From Opitutales bacterium (GTDB lineage: Bacteria > Verrucomicrobiota > Verrucomicrobiia > Opitutales > Seribacteraceae): 64,000 nucleotides of DNA. Position 1 is the first letter of the stretch. The number at the start of each line of letters is the position of its first letter. The notes beneath the pieces are model-generated. The model worked only from the letters and a program-made list of their open reading frames with translations. It was not told the DNA's origin and made no database searches. The DNA lies in the NCBI GenBank assembly GCA_965660135.1, contig CBFHYW010000001.1, forward strand, positions 4,747 through 68,746, given 5' to 3'. This document shows positions 40,182 through 50,738 of this stretch, one piece after another. The position numbers and the translations under genes were made by a program.

Positions 40182-41879
40182 TTAAGCTTCTTTTAAATGT
40201 TTAGAAGGAGAATAGTTTAGAGCTTTCTTCTCCACAAAGGAAAGTCCATCCCATTTTGATCCATCTAATTGCAAACCATCACTAGGGATTTTTGCATAAC
40301 TTATACCATGTAGAGGGTTTGTGGGAGATTTGCTCATTTGGGTCCACACTTGAGCAAGATCTGAAGTTTGACTGGATTCAGAAAGTGCATTGGCAAGGGA
40401 AGCGAAAACATGTATGTCAGGCATTAATCCGGCTGGACCAGGTACAGCTTGCTTAAAAGCTTGTAGTCGGAAATTTCGATTAATAAAACTGCCTGACTTT
40501 TCAAAAGTTGTGAGGGTGGGAATTACAACATTTGCCAAATCAGATGTCGCATTTTGGTGTGTGCCTACAAATACAACCGGGGTGTCCGAAAGATCATTTG
40601 CAACCAAGCCAGACGAAAGAAGGTCTTCGCCAATAACAAGAAGAGCTTCAATTTGATTTTTCTTAATTCCTTGGGACAGGTCTGATAGTGAATCAGTTGG
40701 ATATTTATTAGAAAATCCAGTTACCAATGCACCACGCAAATTAGGTGTACGATCTGCAGAAAGAAGGATACCGTCATCATCACCAAAGTGACCCCTCAAA
40801 AATTTCTTTGCTTTTATGCTTTTTGCCAGTTTGTTGTAGAGGTATTGCTCCTCCAAGGAGGATCGACAAGAACCGACAATCCCAACATTTTTCCCTTTTA
40901 GCAAAAGTGCCGCTTGAGAAATCGCATTATTCAAATCACTAGGTTCTTCTGAAACCATAGGGGTGAGTAAACGATCTTTAGAATTAACTTTCTTGTATAG
41001 TTCACGACCACTGTCCGCCATCCAACTATCATTAACCGCATCATTCCGCCTCGGAGTAATTCTATGGATCTCACCTTCACGGCTAGAAACTAAAGTATTT
41101 GAACCTGCACTGCTCTCAGTGCAAATACTTACAGATTCCTTTAGAAACCAAACCCTCATTTTAAATCTAAAATCCGTACTGGTTAACGCACCCACGGGGC
41201 ATAAATCTACAGTATTTAAGGAGTAGTTGTTCGAAAGTTCTTTACCGGGAAAACAAGTTAAGGTTGAAAAACTTCCCCGGTCTACAAATCCAAGGACATC
41301 ATCGTCAACAACTTCTTGGCAAAAACGAATGCATCTAGAACATAGTATGCATCGTTCGTCATCCAGGGTAACCCTGGGGCCTAACCTTGTTCTTTTAGGC
41401 TTAACATTTTTTCTTTCGACATACCGGCTGTACCCACGCCCATAATCGGTAGCAAATTCTTGCAATCGACACTCTCCCGCTTGGTCACAGATGGGACAAT
41501 CAAGGGGGTGGTTAACGAGTAGAAACTCCATAATTCCCTCTCTGGAATCAGTAACCATAGAAGATGTTGTTTTCACATGCATACCTGCAGAAACATTAGT
41601 TCCACATCCAATAACAGGCTTTGGAATCCAGCCAATTTTCTGAACTCCATTGTCATCTAAAACTGGCTCGCCCGTTCCACGGTCTCTCATCGGCGTGCCC
41701 ATCTCAACCAAGCACATTCGGCAGTTTCCGGCTACACTCAGTTGGGGGTGGTAGCAATAATGCGGTACTTCGGTTCCATGAATTGCTGCAGCTTCAACTA
41801 AATTTATGCCAGCTGGCACTTCAACTTCTTTTCCATCAAGATTAATGGTTACCGTAGATACTTTTCCGTTACTACTCAT
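40182..41879 (-). CDS. nuoG: NADH-quinone oxidoreductase subunit G (short form)
   Basis: CYHP.LS.AGNCRMC, HPLDCPICDQAGEC, RCILCSRCIRFC. Confidence 0.94.
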   Translation of the reverse strand: MSSNGKVSTVTINLDGKEVEVPAGINLVEAAAIHGTEVPHYCYHPQLSVAGNCRMCLVEMGTPMRDRGTGEPVLDDNGVQKIGWIPKPVIGCGTNVSAGMHVKTTSSMVTDSREGIMEFLLVNHPLDCPICDQAGECRLQEFATDYGRGYSRYVERKNVKPKRTRLGPRVTLDDERCILCSRCIRFCQEVVDDDVLGFVDRGSFSTLTCFPGKELSNNYSLNTVDLCPVGALTSTDFRFKMRVWFLKESVSICTESSAGSNTLVSSREGEIHRITPRRNDAVNDSWMADSGRELYKKVNSKDRLLTPMVSEEPSDLNNAISQAALLLKGKNVGIVGSCRSSLEEQYLYNKLAKSIKAKKFLRGHFGDDDGILLSADRTPNLRGALVTGFSNKYPTDSLSDLSQGIKKNQIEALLVIGEDLLSSGLVANDLSDTPVVFVGTHQNATSDLANVVIPTLTTFEKSGSFINRNFRLQAFKQAVPGPAGLMPDIHVFASLANALSESSQTSDLAQVWTQMSKSPTNPLHGISYAKIPSDGLQLDGSKWDGLSFVEKKALNYSPSKHLKEA

Positions 41880-41888
41880 AGAAAAAAC

Positions 41889-43241
41889 TTAGATTAATTG
41901 AAGAGGAGGTTTCTTATTTCCGTTATTGGCTTTTTCTTCAAATTCGTCCCTGAATTTAGAAATAAAGCTTTGGGTCGGCCAAGAGGCAGCTTCACCAAAA
42001 GCACATATCGTGCGTCCCTCAATTTGATTGGCAACCGAGAGTAATAAGTCTGCATCTTCTTTTCTCGCAGCACCGTCGCACATACGCTGAGTAATTTTCT
42101 TCATCCACAGCGAACCTTCTCGACAAGGAGTACATTGGCCACAAGATTCATGAGCATAGAACGCATTGATGTTTGCCATGGCTTCAACGATGTCGACCGT
42201 GTCATCCATTACAATAATTCCACCTGATCCGGACATACTGCCAGCAGATGCGGGGCCGTCAAAATCAAGAGGAATATCTTCAATACCCCAATCGAAATCG
42301 GTTCCATCTTTTAATTTACCAGTAAACCTTTCATCAGCACGTAAAATTTTGGATGAGGAACCACCAGGGATTATAGCCTTAAGTGAGCGACCAGGCAAAA
42401 GTCCACCGCACACATCGTAGATCATCTCACCTAAAGTAAGTGCGCCGCACTCAAACTCGTAATATCCAGGCTTTTTAACATGGCCGGATACACACCAAAT
42501 TCTAGTGCCCGTGTTATTAGGTTTTCCAATTTTGGCAAACTCCTCACCCCCTATTTCTAGGATGTGCTTAACATTGCAGAGAGTTTCGACATTATTCACA
42601 ATAGTTGGACATTGATACAATCCAAGAACCGCAGGAAAATAAGGAGGCTTAATTCTGGGATTAGGTCTTTTTCCCTCAAGTGATTCAATCAAACCAGTCT
42701 CTTCTCCACAGATGTAGGCCCCTGCCCCACGATGAACAACTAAATCACATGAAAAATCAGATCCCAAAATTTTATCACCACAAAAGTTTTTTTTCTTAGC
42801 CTCTGCAATGGCATGCTCAAGAATTCTAGCACCTTCGAAAAATTCAGCTCGAATGTAAATAAATGCTTGCTTTGCCTGAATGGCATAAGCGGCTATCATC
42901 ATACCCTCAATTAGTTGGTGAGGGTCCTTGTACATGATTTGCCTATCTTTAAATGTACCGGGTTCAGATTCATCTGCGTTACAAACAAGATAGATAGGTT
43001 TTCCAGATTTACGATCGAGGAACTTCCATTTCATACCAGCGGGAAACCCTGCTCCTCCCCGGCCTCGAACACCAGACTTTAAAACTTCTTCCCCAATTTC
43101 ATCAGGTTTCATCTGAAAAGCCTTTTTCAGCATCGAATAACCATCCTTCTTCAGATAACAACCAATCTTATTTGAATAACTGGGATCATCAGCATGCTTT
43201 AAAATGATCCGCCTTTCCTTTGGTGTTGTTTTTTTGATCAT
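41889..43241 (-). CDS. nuoF: NADH-quinone oxidoreductase subunit F
   Basis: GRGGAGFP, NADESEPGTFKD, GAGAYICGEET, ESCGQCTPCREG. Confidence 0.97.
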   Translation of the reverse strand: MIKKTTPKERRIILKHADDPSYSNKIGCYLKKDGYSMLKKAFQMKPDEIGEEVLKSGVRGRGGAGFPAGMKWKFLDRKSGKPIYLVCNADESEPGTFKDRQIMYKDPHQLIEGMMIAAYAIQAKQAFIYIRAEFFEGARILEHAIAEAKKKNFCGDKILGSDFSCDLVVHRGAGAYICGEETGLIESLEGKRPNPRIKPPYFPAVLGLYQCPTIVNNVETLCNVKHILEIGGEEFAKIGKPNNTGTRIWCVSGHVKKPGYYEFECGALTLGEMIYDVCGGLLPGRSLKAIIPGGSSSKILRADERFTGKLKDGTDFDWGIEDIPLDFDGPASAGSMSGSGGIIVMDDTVDIVEAMANINAFYAHESCGQCTPCREGSLWMKKITQRMCDGAARKEDADLLLSVANQIEGRTICAFGEAASWPTQSFISKFRDEFEEKANNGNKKPPLQLI

Positions 43242-43795
43242 TTTTTCTTGGTAGATTTAACAGGAGTAGAATCGGTTACGAGCGCACTCTCGTAGCTAAT
43301 AAATTCGGAAGAGGAATTTAACTTATCATTAAGGAGAAGGTCGGCGAATTTTTCTGCACCTTTACCTTCGATATTTTCGAAGGTCTCTTCACCAACCATT
43401 ACAACCGGTCCCTCACCACAATCAGCTAGACACTCCATAAATTCGATAGAAAATTCTCCATCATCTCGAACATGGCCCTCTTTGACGCCTAACTTTTCTT
43501 CAAGAACTTTACATGTTCCGTATGAGCCTCTAAGTGCGCAGGGTAAAGTTCTACAAACCCGAACATGCTTCTTACCCCAAGCAGTCTCTCTTAGCATGGG
43601 GTAAAAGGTGATTAATTCCTTAATATTTATGGGTTGCAGTTCGAGTTTCTCTGCAATCCAATTACATGTCTCATCTGATATACAACCAAGTTCATCTTGG
43701 ATTAAATGAATAACCATCAATGCGGCACTTCGCTTTTCAGGATAACGTGGAATTACCTCTTCAATTTTTCTTAAAGTATCTTCAGAAAGTTCCAT
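43238..43795 (-). CDS. nuoE: NADH-quinone oxidoreductase subunit E
   Basis: VCRTLPC and ECLADC [2Fe-2S] ligands. Confidence 0.95.
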   Translation of the reverse strand: MELSEDTLRKIEEVIPRYPEKRSAALMVIHLIQDELGCISDETCNWIAEKLELQPINIKELITFYPMLRETAWGKKHVRVCRTLPCALRGSYGTCKVLEEKLGVKEGHVRDDGEFSIEFMECLADCGEGPVVMVGEETFENIEGKGAEKFADLLLNDKLNSSSEFISYESALVTDSTPVKSTKKK

Positions 43796-43803
43796 AAAAT
43801 TAT

Positions 43804-45045
43804 TTAGCGATCACATTCGCCCATAACAAAATCCAAGCTACCAAGAATCACTGTAATATCAGAAAGCATGTGCCCGGGGGCCAACTTCTCTAGTATACTT
43901 AAGTTACAAAAACTAGGTGCACGGATTTTCATGCGATAAGGTACGCCTCCACCTTTGGACACGATATAAAAACCAAGAGCACCTTTAGGGTTCTCAGCTT
44001 CGAAATAAACTTCGCCTGCAGGAATTTGAGGGCCCTCGGTAACAATCATGAAGTTTTGGATTAATTCCTCCATGCTGGATAAAATCTTTTCTTTTGGAGG
44101 TGCAAAAATCTTTTTTGCATCCTCTGCATACCATGCACCTGTCGGAAAATCTTTGATAACTTGCTTAATGATACGAATGCTTTGCAAGACTTCCTCAATT
44201 CGAACAAGATAACGATCGTAGCAATCTCCCCTTGTTCCAATTGGCACATCAAAGTCATACTGCTCGTATCCAGAATAAGGCTTGTCTTTTCGCAAATCGA
44301 GGTCGACCCCGGCAGCACGAAGATTCGGACCAGTTAAGCCATAAGCCAGTGCATCTTCTTTGGAAATTTCACCGATACCCTCAGTTCGGTCAAGAAAGAT
44401 TCGGTTTCGAGTAAGTAATTTTTCTACTTCAGCAATCGCTTTAGGTAATTCGTCAACAAACTTTTGAACTCGATCTAACCAACCTTCGGGAATATCCCTT
44501 GAGACACCACCTATCCGTGTGTAACTGGTGGTAAATCGAGCACCCGTTAACTCCTCAAACAAGGTATACAATTTTTCACGCTCTGTAAATGTGTACATGA
44601 AAGGCGTCCACGCACCAGCATCCATACCAAAAACTCCCATCCCTAACAGATGACTTGAAATTCGAGCCATTTCGCAAACTAATACTCGAATAGCTTGACA
44701 GCGAGGGGGGATCTCAATGTCTGTCAATTTTTCAACCGCCAATGCATAGGCAACGTTATTTGCTAGCGGAGCAAGATAATCCAGACGGTCTGTATACGGA
44801 ACAAACTGATTGTAGGTCATATTCTCGGCAATTTTTTCATCTCCACGATGAAGATAACCGAGAACAGGCTCACATTTATCAATTAAGTCGCCATTCAACT
44901 CCATAATTAAACGAAGCACGCCATGAGTAGTGGGATGAGATGGTCCGACATTCAAAGCCATCTTATCACCATCAAGTTTACTACTTGCTTCGGCACCACG
45001 GGCACCGATATCTCCAACAGAAATTTCTTTAGTTGTAGTACTCAT
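43804..45045 (-). CDS. nuoD: NADH-quinone oxidoreductase subunit D
   Basis: GPSHPTTHGVLR, GYLHRG, DRLDY, GECDR. Confidence 0.97.
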   Translation of the reverse strand: MSTTTKEISVGDIGARGAEASSKLDGDKMALNVGPSHPTTHGVLRLIMELNGDLIDKCEPVLGYLHRGDEKIAENMTYNQFVPYTDRLDYLAPLANNVAYALAVEKLTDIEIPPRCQAIRVLVCEMARISSHLLGMGVFGMDAGAWTPFMYTFTEREKLYTLFEELTGARFTTSYTRIGGVSRDIPEGWLDRVQKFVDELPKAIAEVEKLLTRNRIFLDRTEGIGEISKEDALAYGLTGPNLRAAGVDLDLRKDKPYSGYEQYDFDVPIGTRGDCYDRYLVRIEEVLQSIRIIKQVIKDFPTGAWYAEDAKKIFAPPKEKILSSMEELIQNFMIVTEGPQIPAGEVYFEAENPKGALGFYIVSKGGGVPYRMKIRAPSFCNLSILEKLAPGHMLSDITVILGSLDFVMGECDR

Positions 45046-45659
45046 GATTTTTTCTCTTTTTCCTCAGTCCAACTTTCGTCCTTAGCACGTGGCTCGGAAT
45101 CACTAATTACACCAGATCCAGGAGAGACAAATGGCCCCCCCATCATAGGTGCAGGCTCGACAGAAGCCTGGGTGACTTCAACTACATCGTCAGCAGGTAA
45201 AGGAGTATCTATACCAGCAAGTGGAAATTCCTTACGAAGAGGGAAATAAGGATATTCATCCCACATTAAAATCCGCTTTAAATTCGGATGTTCACTAAAT
45301 TGTATTCCAAACATATCGAATGTTTCGCGCTCATGCCAATTAGCAGCAGGGTAAATGCTGGAGACCGAAGGAATAGTCGGCTCATCATTATTCAAGCATG
45401 CTGAGTGCACTCGGATATATCCTCTGTGAACAAGGGAATATAAATGAATGACGGTAGAAAACCGAATATCTGCACCTTCTCCATGATCAATAGCAGTTAA
45501 GTCAATTAGCAACTCAAAACCCTCATGATCTCTCAGAGCTTTCAAAAAAGAAACCAAATCTTCGGCGGGACAATCAACGGTAAAACAATCAATAGATTCT
45601 CGATGAGAAAGAAAAGAGTGCTTATCTAGCAAACTCTTGATATAATCTTCGTCGATCAT
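45042..45659 (-). CDS. nuoC: NADH-quinone oxidoreductase subunit C
   Basis: ANWHERETFDMFGI.F..HPNLKRIL, PLRKEFP. Confidence 0.96.
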   Translation of the reverse strand: MIDEDYIKSLLDKHSFLSHRESIDCFTVDCPAEDLVSFLKALRDHEGFELLIDLTAIDHGEGADIRFSTVIHLYSLVHRGYIRVHSACLNNDEPTIPSVSSIYPAANWHERETFDMFGIQFSEHPNLKRILMWDEYPYFPLRKEFPLAGIDTPLPADDVVEVTQASVEPAPMMGGPFVSPGSGVISDSEPRAKDESWTEEKEKKS

Positions 45660-45663
45660 ATTA

Positions 45664-46191
45664 TCAACCGCTAGCGACTACTTTACTTTTTCGAAGATCA
45701 CGAACAGAAGACTCGTTTCCGATTTTATCCTGCAATTTCATCATCGCATCCAAAAGGGCTTCAGGTCGGGGTGGGCAACCGCTCACATAAACATCCACGG
45801 GAACAATATTATCAACACCTTGCATGACGGAATATGAACGGTACATCCCGCCAGTAGAAGCACAAGCTCCCATGGCAACCACCCACTTGGGGTCTCCCAT
45901 TTGATCGTAAATCCTTCTCACAACCTCAGCCATTTTATAGGTAACGGTTCCGGCTACAATCATGCAATCCGACTGGCGAGGAGAGAACCTCATAACTTCC
46001 ATTCCAAATCGCGAAATATCATATCTGGAAGCAGCTGATGCCATTAATTCAATTGCACAACAAGCTAGTCCCATTGGCATCGGCCAAACAGAATGCTTCC
46101 GGATCCAATTAATAACGGCATCCGCACGGGTGACGACTACATCACCTTCAACCTTACCATTGTACGCAATATCATTAGCTGTCATATGCAT
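45664..46191 (-). CDS. nuoB: NADH-quinone oxidoreductase subunit B
   Basis: [26 protein letters not shown]. Confidence 0.97.
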   Translation of the reverse strand: MHMTANDIAYNGKVEGDVVVTRADAVINWIRKHSVWPMPMGLACCAIELMASAASRYDISRFGMEVMRFSPRQSDCMIVAGTVTYKMAEVVRRIYDQMGDPKWVVAMGACASTGGMYRSYSVMQGVDNIVPVDVYVSGCPPRPEALLDAMMKLQDKIGNESSVRDLRKSKVVASG

Positions 46192-46352
46192 TGTTATTTA
46201 TTTCTAACCAATCTTTAGAAACAAGCAAACATCAAAAATAAAACTAGTGAAAAAACCTGACCAAAGATTACAAATCAATCATCATGAAGTTCGTTTGAGC
46301 GTTGACGAACTCATCGAACTGCTCCATTAAATTTGACTCTTACATTGTTTGA

Positions 46353-46440
<88 letters not shown>

Positions 46441-46578
46441 TTTAATGGTCACCGAGTGGCTATCATTAATACATTACAACCAAATTTGGGTAAAGTTGCG
46501 TAAGGAATCCGAAAATTAATTAAAAACTATTTCGGCTCCACAAATTGAACACAAACCTGAATTAACAGAAATTTTAGA

Positions 46579-49500
46579 TTAAGTTTCGCGGATAAAAACT
46601 TTGGCATTTTCTGAAAATGTAGCTTCAGCAAGATCAAGAAGAGCAGGAGCCGAAATAGGCTCGGATTCAACTTTGGCGACAGCTTTACCAGCAATCAAAA
46701 TTCCTACCTTGCCATAAAGGTTAATCGTTTCTCCATCTGTAGGTGCACTGACATCCCCTTCGTTTAACCATCGACGTAATCTCATTTGGTCCCAACCGTT
46801 GTAGGGGGATTTTGTGCCAATTAAGTTTTCAGCGAAGCGCATCGCTGCAGTTTTCCAGAGGCTACCCGATAATTCTGGGGATTCTGACATAATGGCTTGC
46901 ATTGACTCAGTGGTTAACCAAAGAGCAGTTACCGAGGAATCAGCCACCACATTCGCAGTACGGGGGACACCGGCCAAAACTGCCATTTCCCCAATTACCG
47001 CACCACGGCCCATGATATCAACAACTGTGTCAGCAATAGACACCTTAACACTTCCCCTGGTTATGACAATCATGCCATCACCTTCGCCACCTTGGTTCAT
47101 AATGGTGTCTCCAGCATTATAAACACGAGACTCAGAAGCATTTACAATCTTTGCAATTAATACATCGGGCATCCCCTTCAACCAATTCACCTCTCTTAAA
47201 ACTTCTTCCGGTTCAGGAAGGCGAAGATCCAAAGAACTTTCCATTACCACCTTCATCCGTTCTTCAACTGCAATAATTAACCTGGCTGCTTCATCAGCTT
47301 CAAGCATCCCATCAGACTTTAATTTCTTAATGGTATTTCGTTCATGATTAAGCACAGAACGAATTGCATCTTTCGTTTCAATCCCGACCGTAGCTTCCGG
47401 GTAATTCTCATGCATGTTACGGATAAACTTAAGACCACTTAATCGGTTTTGACGGATTTCGTCTTTTAACATACGAGTAGTTTTATCAAGCTTTTCAGCA
47501 TCTCCGCTTTCATCAAGTTCCCTTGCCAAGCTGTCCACCATTTTTGCCATATCCTGCTGAGCAACCACAAAACCTTTTGCAGCATCATAACTGACTGTAA
47601 TTCGATCGGTAAAATGGTTTTTCAAAAAGGGTAAATCTTTAAAAGCTTCGGTTAATTTACTCACACCGCAAACCTTCTCTAGGTACCCTCGGTCGGTCAT
47701 CGGCACTTTACCCTGCAAATCTAAAAACTCACTGAGATTATTATCCAATTGGGCGACTGCCTGAGCACTCAATAAACCGGCTCGAAATTGTCCCCAATAG
47801 CTACTTCTTTCCTTCTCCAGTAGGCGTCTTCTGGTTTCAGCAATTGTGTCCATATCTACCAATTCATCAGCCGTTAATGGATAGGCCACAGGATCGGGCA
47901 AATACTTACGGACTTCCCCCCAATTTGCACCACTTAAAAAGCGATCGTCCTTTAAAAGATCCATTTCCTGCTCACATCCTTTGGCTACATTTCCCGAGGC
48001 ATTGGAAAACATGAGTTTCTTGACCGCCGGCAGTTTCGTTAATCCAAGGTAGTTCACGAGTGGCCCAACGGTTGTAGCATTAACCAATAAGGTGAGCAGC
48101 ACAATTCCAGAAATTAAGAATAAAAATTGATCTCGCACTCGAGAAGAAATACCAACCAAGGATGCCTGGGCAATCGCACCTTTCCCCTCACCCAAGACAA
48201 CAACAACTTTTTTCCCATTGGCTAAACCTTCTCTTATCAGAGCAGCATCTTGAGAGGTTCGTTTACCCAAAGTTTCTACTGCATTTTCTGAGGTTTGAGA
48301 AATCCCTACGATTTCACCACCTTGAATATTTACTTCAGCATGAGCAAGAGCAGATGCATGATGCCAGTTCAAACTATCGTTTTCTACAATTTGAGATGCC
48401 TTGTCCTGATCTAATACAAAGACCGATGTGGTTAATTCATTATAGCCCGCACCTCCATTTTCGACCGTAAATTCATACCGAAATTGTTCTGTGTAAACGA
48501 CCAATGCAAGGGCTAAACCAATTGCACCACGCAATGCACCCCACCAAACCACGACTGCGTCTTTGCCAGGAAGTCCATAACCCGCTTTTTTCATAATCGG
48601 ATAAAAAGCACCCATATTAATCGCACGAACGATATGAATTCCTACATAAACCAAACCAAGTATTAGAAAGTCCATACCTGTAGGGTTCGCATTTTGGGCG
48701 ATAACTACACCGACCACGATAAAAATGATAACATTGGCCACAAAAGCAATCAGTTCCCAAAACTCATGCATAAAATGCTCCACTTCCGGACTTATTCGAG
48801 TCCTTCCAATTCCTGCCATTACAATACCAAGTGCAACCAATCCTAAAACACCGGAAACATGGAAAAAATGTTCACATATAAAAAAGACCGCATAAGAAGT
48901 TACGAGAACAACGGTGATCTCGATCATTGGATCATTAAACACTTTACGGACCCATAAAATTGCAATTAATCCCAAGAAGACTCCAATTAATCCCCCAGCC
49001 GCACCGATTTTACCAAAACCAGCAGCAGTATTACCTAAAAAAGCCATTGTATCAAAAGAACCAGTTTCCGTCACCATTATCTGTGAACCAGTTACCACCC
49101 CAATTAACAGAACAAAAGCAACAATAGCCGTTCCATCATTTAATAAAGATTCCCCCTCAATTAAAGTTCCCAACTTTTTACTTGCTCCTAATTCTTTAAG
49201 CAAAGCTACCACGGCCACCGGGTCGGTGGCACTCACCACCGCACCAAAGAGCATGGATGACAACCATATGAAGGCCCCGGCCTCCGAATTCCATTCATAG
49301 AGTACCCCTCCAGCATCTCCAAATATTTGTATGAGTCCCCAAAAAGCAACCCCAGTCATCACCGTGGCGGTTACAATTCCAGGTCCGGCGAGACAGAATG
49401 CACTGACGAAAGATTTCTTAAAAGTATGAACATCTAATGCAAAACCTGCTTCGAAAATAAGAATGGGCAAAAAGACATACAGAATTAAATGACCGTCCAG

Positions 49501-49797
49501 ATTCCCTCCCCAGGTAATTGCACCACTCAAAGTGTCAACAAATTTATCCCAAATTCCTTCGGTGTGAGATGCATGCTCACCTTCATGTCCGTGTCCACCA
49601 TGGGGTCCATATGCCCGGTTAAGTGCCCCCATGGCTAATCCGATTATCAAAAGTAAAACGGTGAAGGGAAGTGGGATGCGTTGAAGAAAATGTCTTGTTG
49701 CGGCACCGATCACCAAAGCAACAATAAGAAAAAATAAACCATATAGGTATTCATGCCCACCAGAGGAAGCTAGTACTAAGGGTGTTAAAGTGTTCAT
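46579..49797 (-). CDS. CPA1 Na+/H+ antiporter with long cytosolic tail and cyclic-nucleotide-binding domain (SOS1/SLC9C-like)
   Basis: FLPILIFE, SATDPVAV, GESLLNDG, GALRGAIGLAL; CNBD phosphate-binding cassette GEMAVL..PRTA. Confidence 0.9.
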   Translation of the reverse strand: MNTLTPLVLASSGGHEYLYGLFFLIVALVIGAATRHFLQRIPLPFTVLLLIIGLAMGALNRAYGPHGGHGHEGEHASHTEGIWDKFVDTLSGAITWGGNLDGHLILYVFLPILIFEAGFALDVHTFKKSFVSAFCLAGPGIVTATVMTGVAFWGLIQIFGDAGGVLYEWNSEAGAFIWLSSMLFGAVVSATDPVAVVALLKELGASKKLGTLIEGESLLNDGTAIVAFVLLIGVVTGSQIMVTETGSFDTMAFLGNTAAGFGKIGAAGGLIGVFLGLIAILWVRKVFNDPMIEITVVLVTSYAVFFICEHFFHVSGVLGLVALGIVMAGIGRTRISPEVEHFMHEFWELIAFVANVIIFIVVGVVIAQNANPTGMDFLILGLVYVGIHIVRAINMGAFYPIMKKAGYGLPGKDAVVVWWGALRGAIGLALALVVYTEQFRYEFTVENGGAGYNELTTSVFVLDQDKASQIVENDSLNWHHASALAHAEVNIQGGEIVGISQTSENAVETLGKRTSQDAALIREGLANGKKVVVVLGEGKGAIAQASLVGISSRVRDQFLFLISGIVLLTLLVNATTVGPLVNYLGLTKLPAVKKLMFSNASGNVAKGCEQEMDLLKDDRFLSGANWGEVRKYLPDPVAYPLTADELVDMDTIAETRRRLLEKERSSYWGQFRAGLLSAQAVAQLDNNLSEFLDLQGKVPMTDRGYLEKVCGVSKLTEAFKDLPFLKNHFTDRITVSYDAAKGFVVAQQDMAKMVDSLARELDESGDAEKLDKTTRMLKDEIRQNRLSGLKFIRNMHENYPEATVGIETKDAIRSVLNHERNTIKKLKSDGMLEADEAARLIIAVEERMKVVMESSLDLRLPEPEEVLREVNWLKGMPDVLIAKIVNASESRVYNAGDTIMNQGGEGDGMIVITRGSVKVSIADTVVDIMGRGAVIGEMAVLAGVPRTANVVADSSVTALWLTTESMQAIMSESPELSGSLWKTAAMRFAENLIGTKSPYNGWDQMRLRRWLNEGDVSAPTDGETINLYGKVGILIAGKAVAKVESEPISAPALLDLAEATFSENAKVFIRET

Positions 49798-49799
49798 AA

Positions 49800-49816
49800 T
49801 GTTATCAAATGATTAA
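49800..49816. promoter_or_regulatory. Exact copy of the 17-mer found at the RHH-like gene start
   Basis: TGTTATCAAATGATTAA at 49800-49816 and 20872-20888, same orientation, 2 nt and 1 nt from the respective start codons. Confidence 0.55.
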
Positions 49817-49823
49817 ATTTGGG

Positions 49824-50738
49824 TTAATTTTTCAGTCGTAGTAGTGTTCCGGGCAAAGGTCTAGCTTTACCAGATGCAGGCTCAGCATCAAAGCTTGAGG
49901 GTAAAACTCTTTTGGGTGATCGACCAAGAAGTTCTTCCAGTGGATCTAAACTCGGGATTTGGTAAGAACTACGGTTTAGCGGAAATAGGTTACCTTCATC
50001 TCCATCAATCAAGTTTTCATTGATATTTCCTTTTGAAGTATTTGGAAAATTATCTACCACACTTGTGCCAAAAGATTCTGATGATGGGGATTCTCTGACT
50101 GATTCGCTCTGCGCTTTTACAATCGAATCGAGTGAACTTTTGAAACTTGAGTTATTTTTAAAGCCTGAAAGCAAAAAGGAAGTTTCCACAACTTTTTCTA
50201 AATTTATATTTATTTTATTATCCACTCCAGCATTGCCAGGCTTAATCGTTATCAGTTCACCGGCAAGTAGATCAGTTTTGAAAAGATTATCCCTCCCAGT
50301 AATATTTAATCTTCCAAGAACTCCAACTATCTTAAATCCTCCGTTTTTTTCAACTTCAAGCATACAAGTACCCACTCCAGAAATTTCAATCAAGGTTTCA
50401 GAACTACGTAAGCTAGTTTTATTTCCGATTTTCCTAGACTGCACCATGATTGATCCCATGTGCAAATGAATGAAATCTGGAGAGATAAAAAATTTAGTGT
50501 CCGAACCAAAACGAAATTGATAACCAGAAGACATAGTTTCAATTCCACTATTTGGAAGTATGGTAATTTCAGAGTTTTGAGGAATAAAACTCGCAGATGT
50601 AACTGGTTGGGATTCTCCATCTGCAATATTCAAAATTGCTCCATCGCCGATTTGAGTAAGCACTAAATGCATTCCTTGTCCAAAAATATACCCTGTAAAG
50701 GAAATTAAAAAAATTAAACTACAAGAGAACCATCGCAT
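49824..50738 (-). CDS. Exported hypothetical protein with a FecR-like beta domain
   Basis: Signal peptide from ATG 50738 (MRWFSC..); RFGSDTKF..LHMGSIMV, ISGVGT, VLGRLNI..LLAGE resemble FecR-domain patterns. Confidence 0.55.
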   Translation of the reverse strand: MRWFSCSLIFLISFTGYIFGQGMHLVLTQIGDGAILNIADGESQPVTSASFIPQNSEITILPNSGIETMSSGYQFRFGSDTKFFISPDFIHLHMGSIMVQSRKIGNKTSLRSSETLIEISGVGTCMLEVEKNGGFKIVGVLGRLNITGRDNLFKTDLLAGELITIKPGNAGVDNKININLEKVVETSFLLSGFKNNSSFKSSLDSIVKAQSESVRESPSSESFGTSVVDNFPNTSKGNINENLIDGDEGNLFPLNRSSYQIPSLDPLEELLGRSPKRVLPSSFDAEPASGKARPLPGTLLRLKN

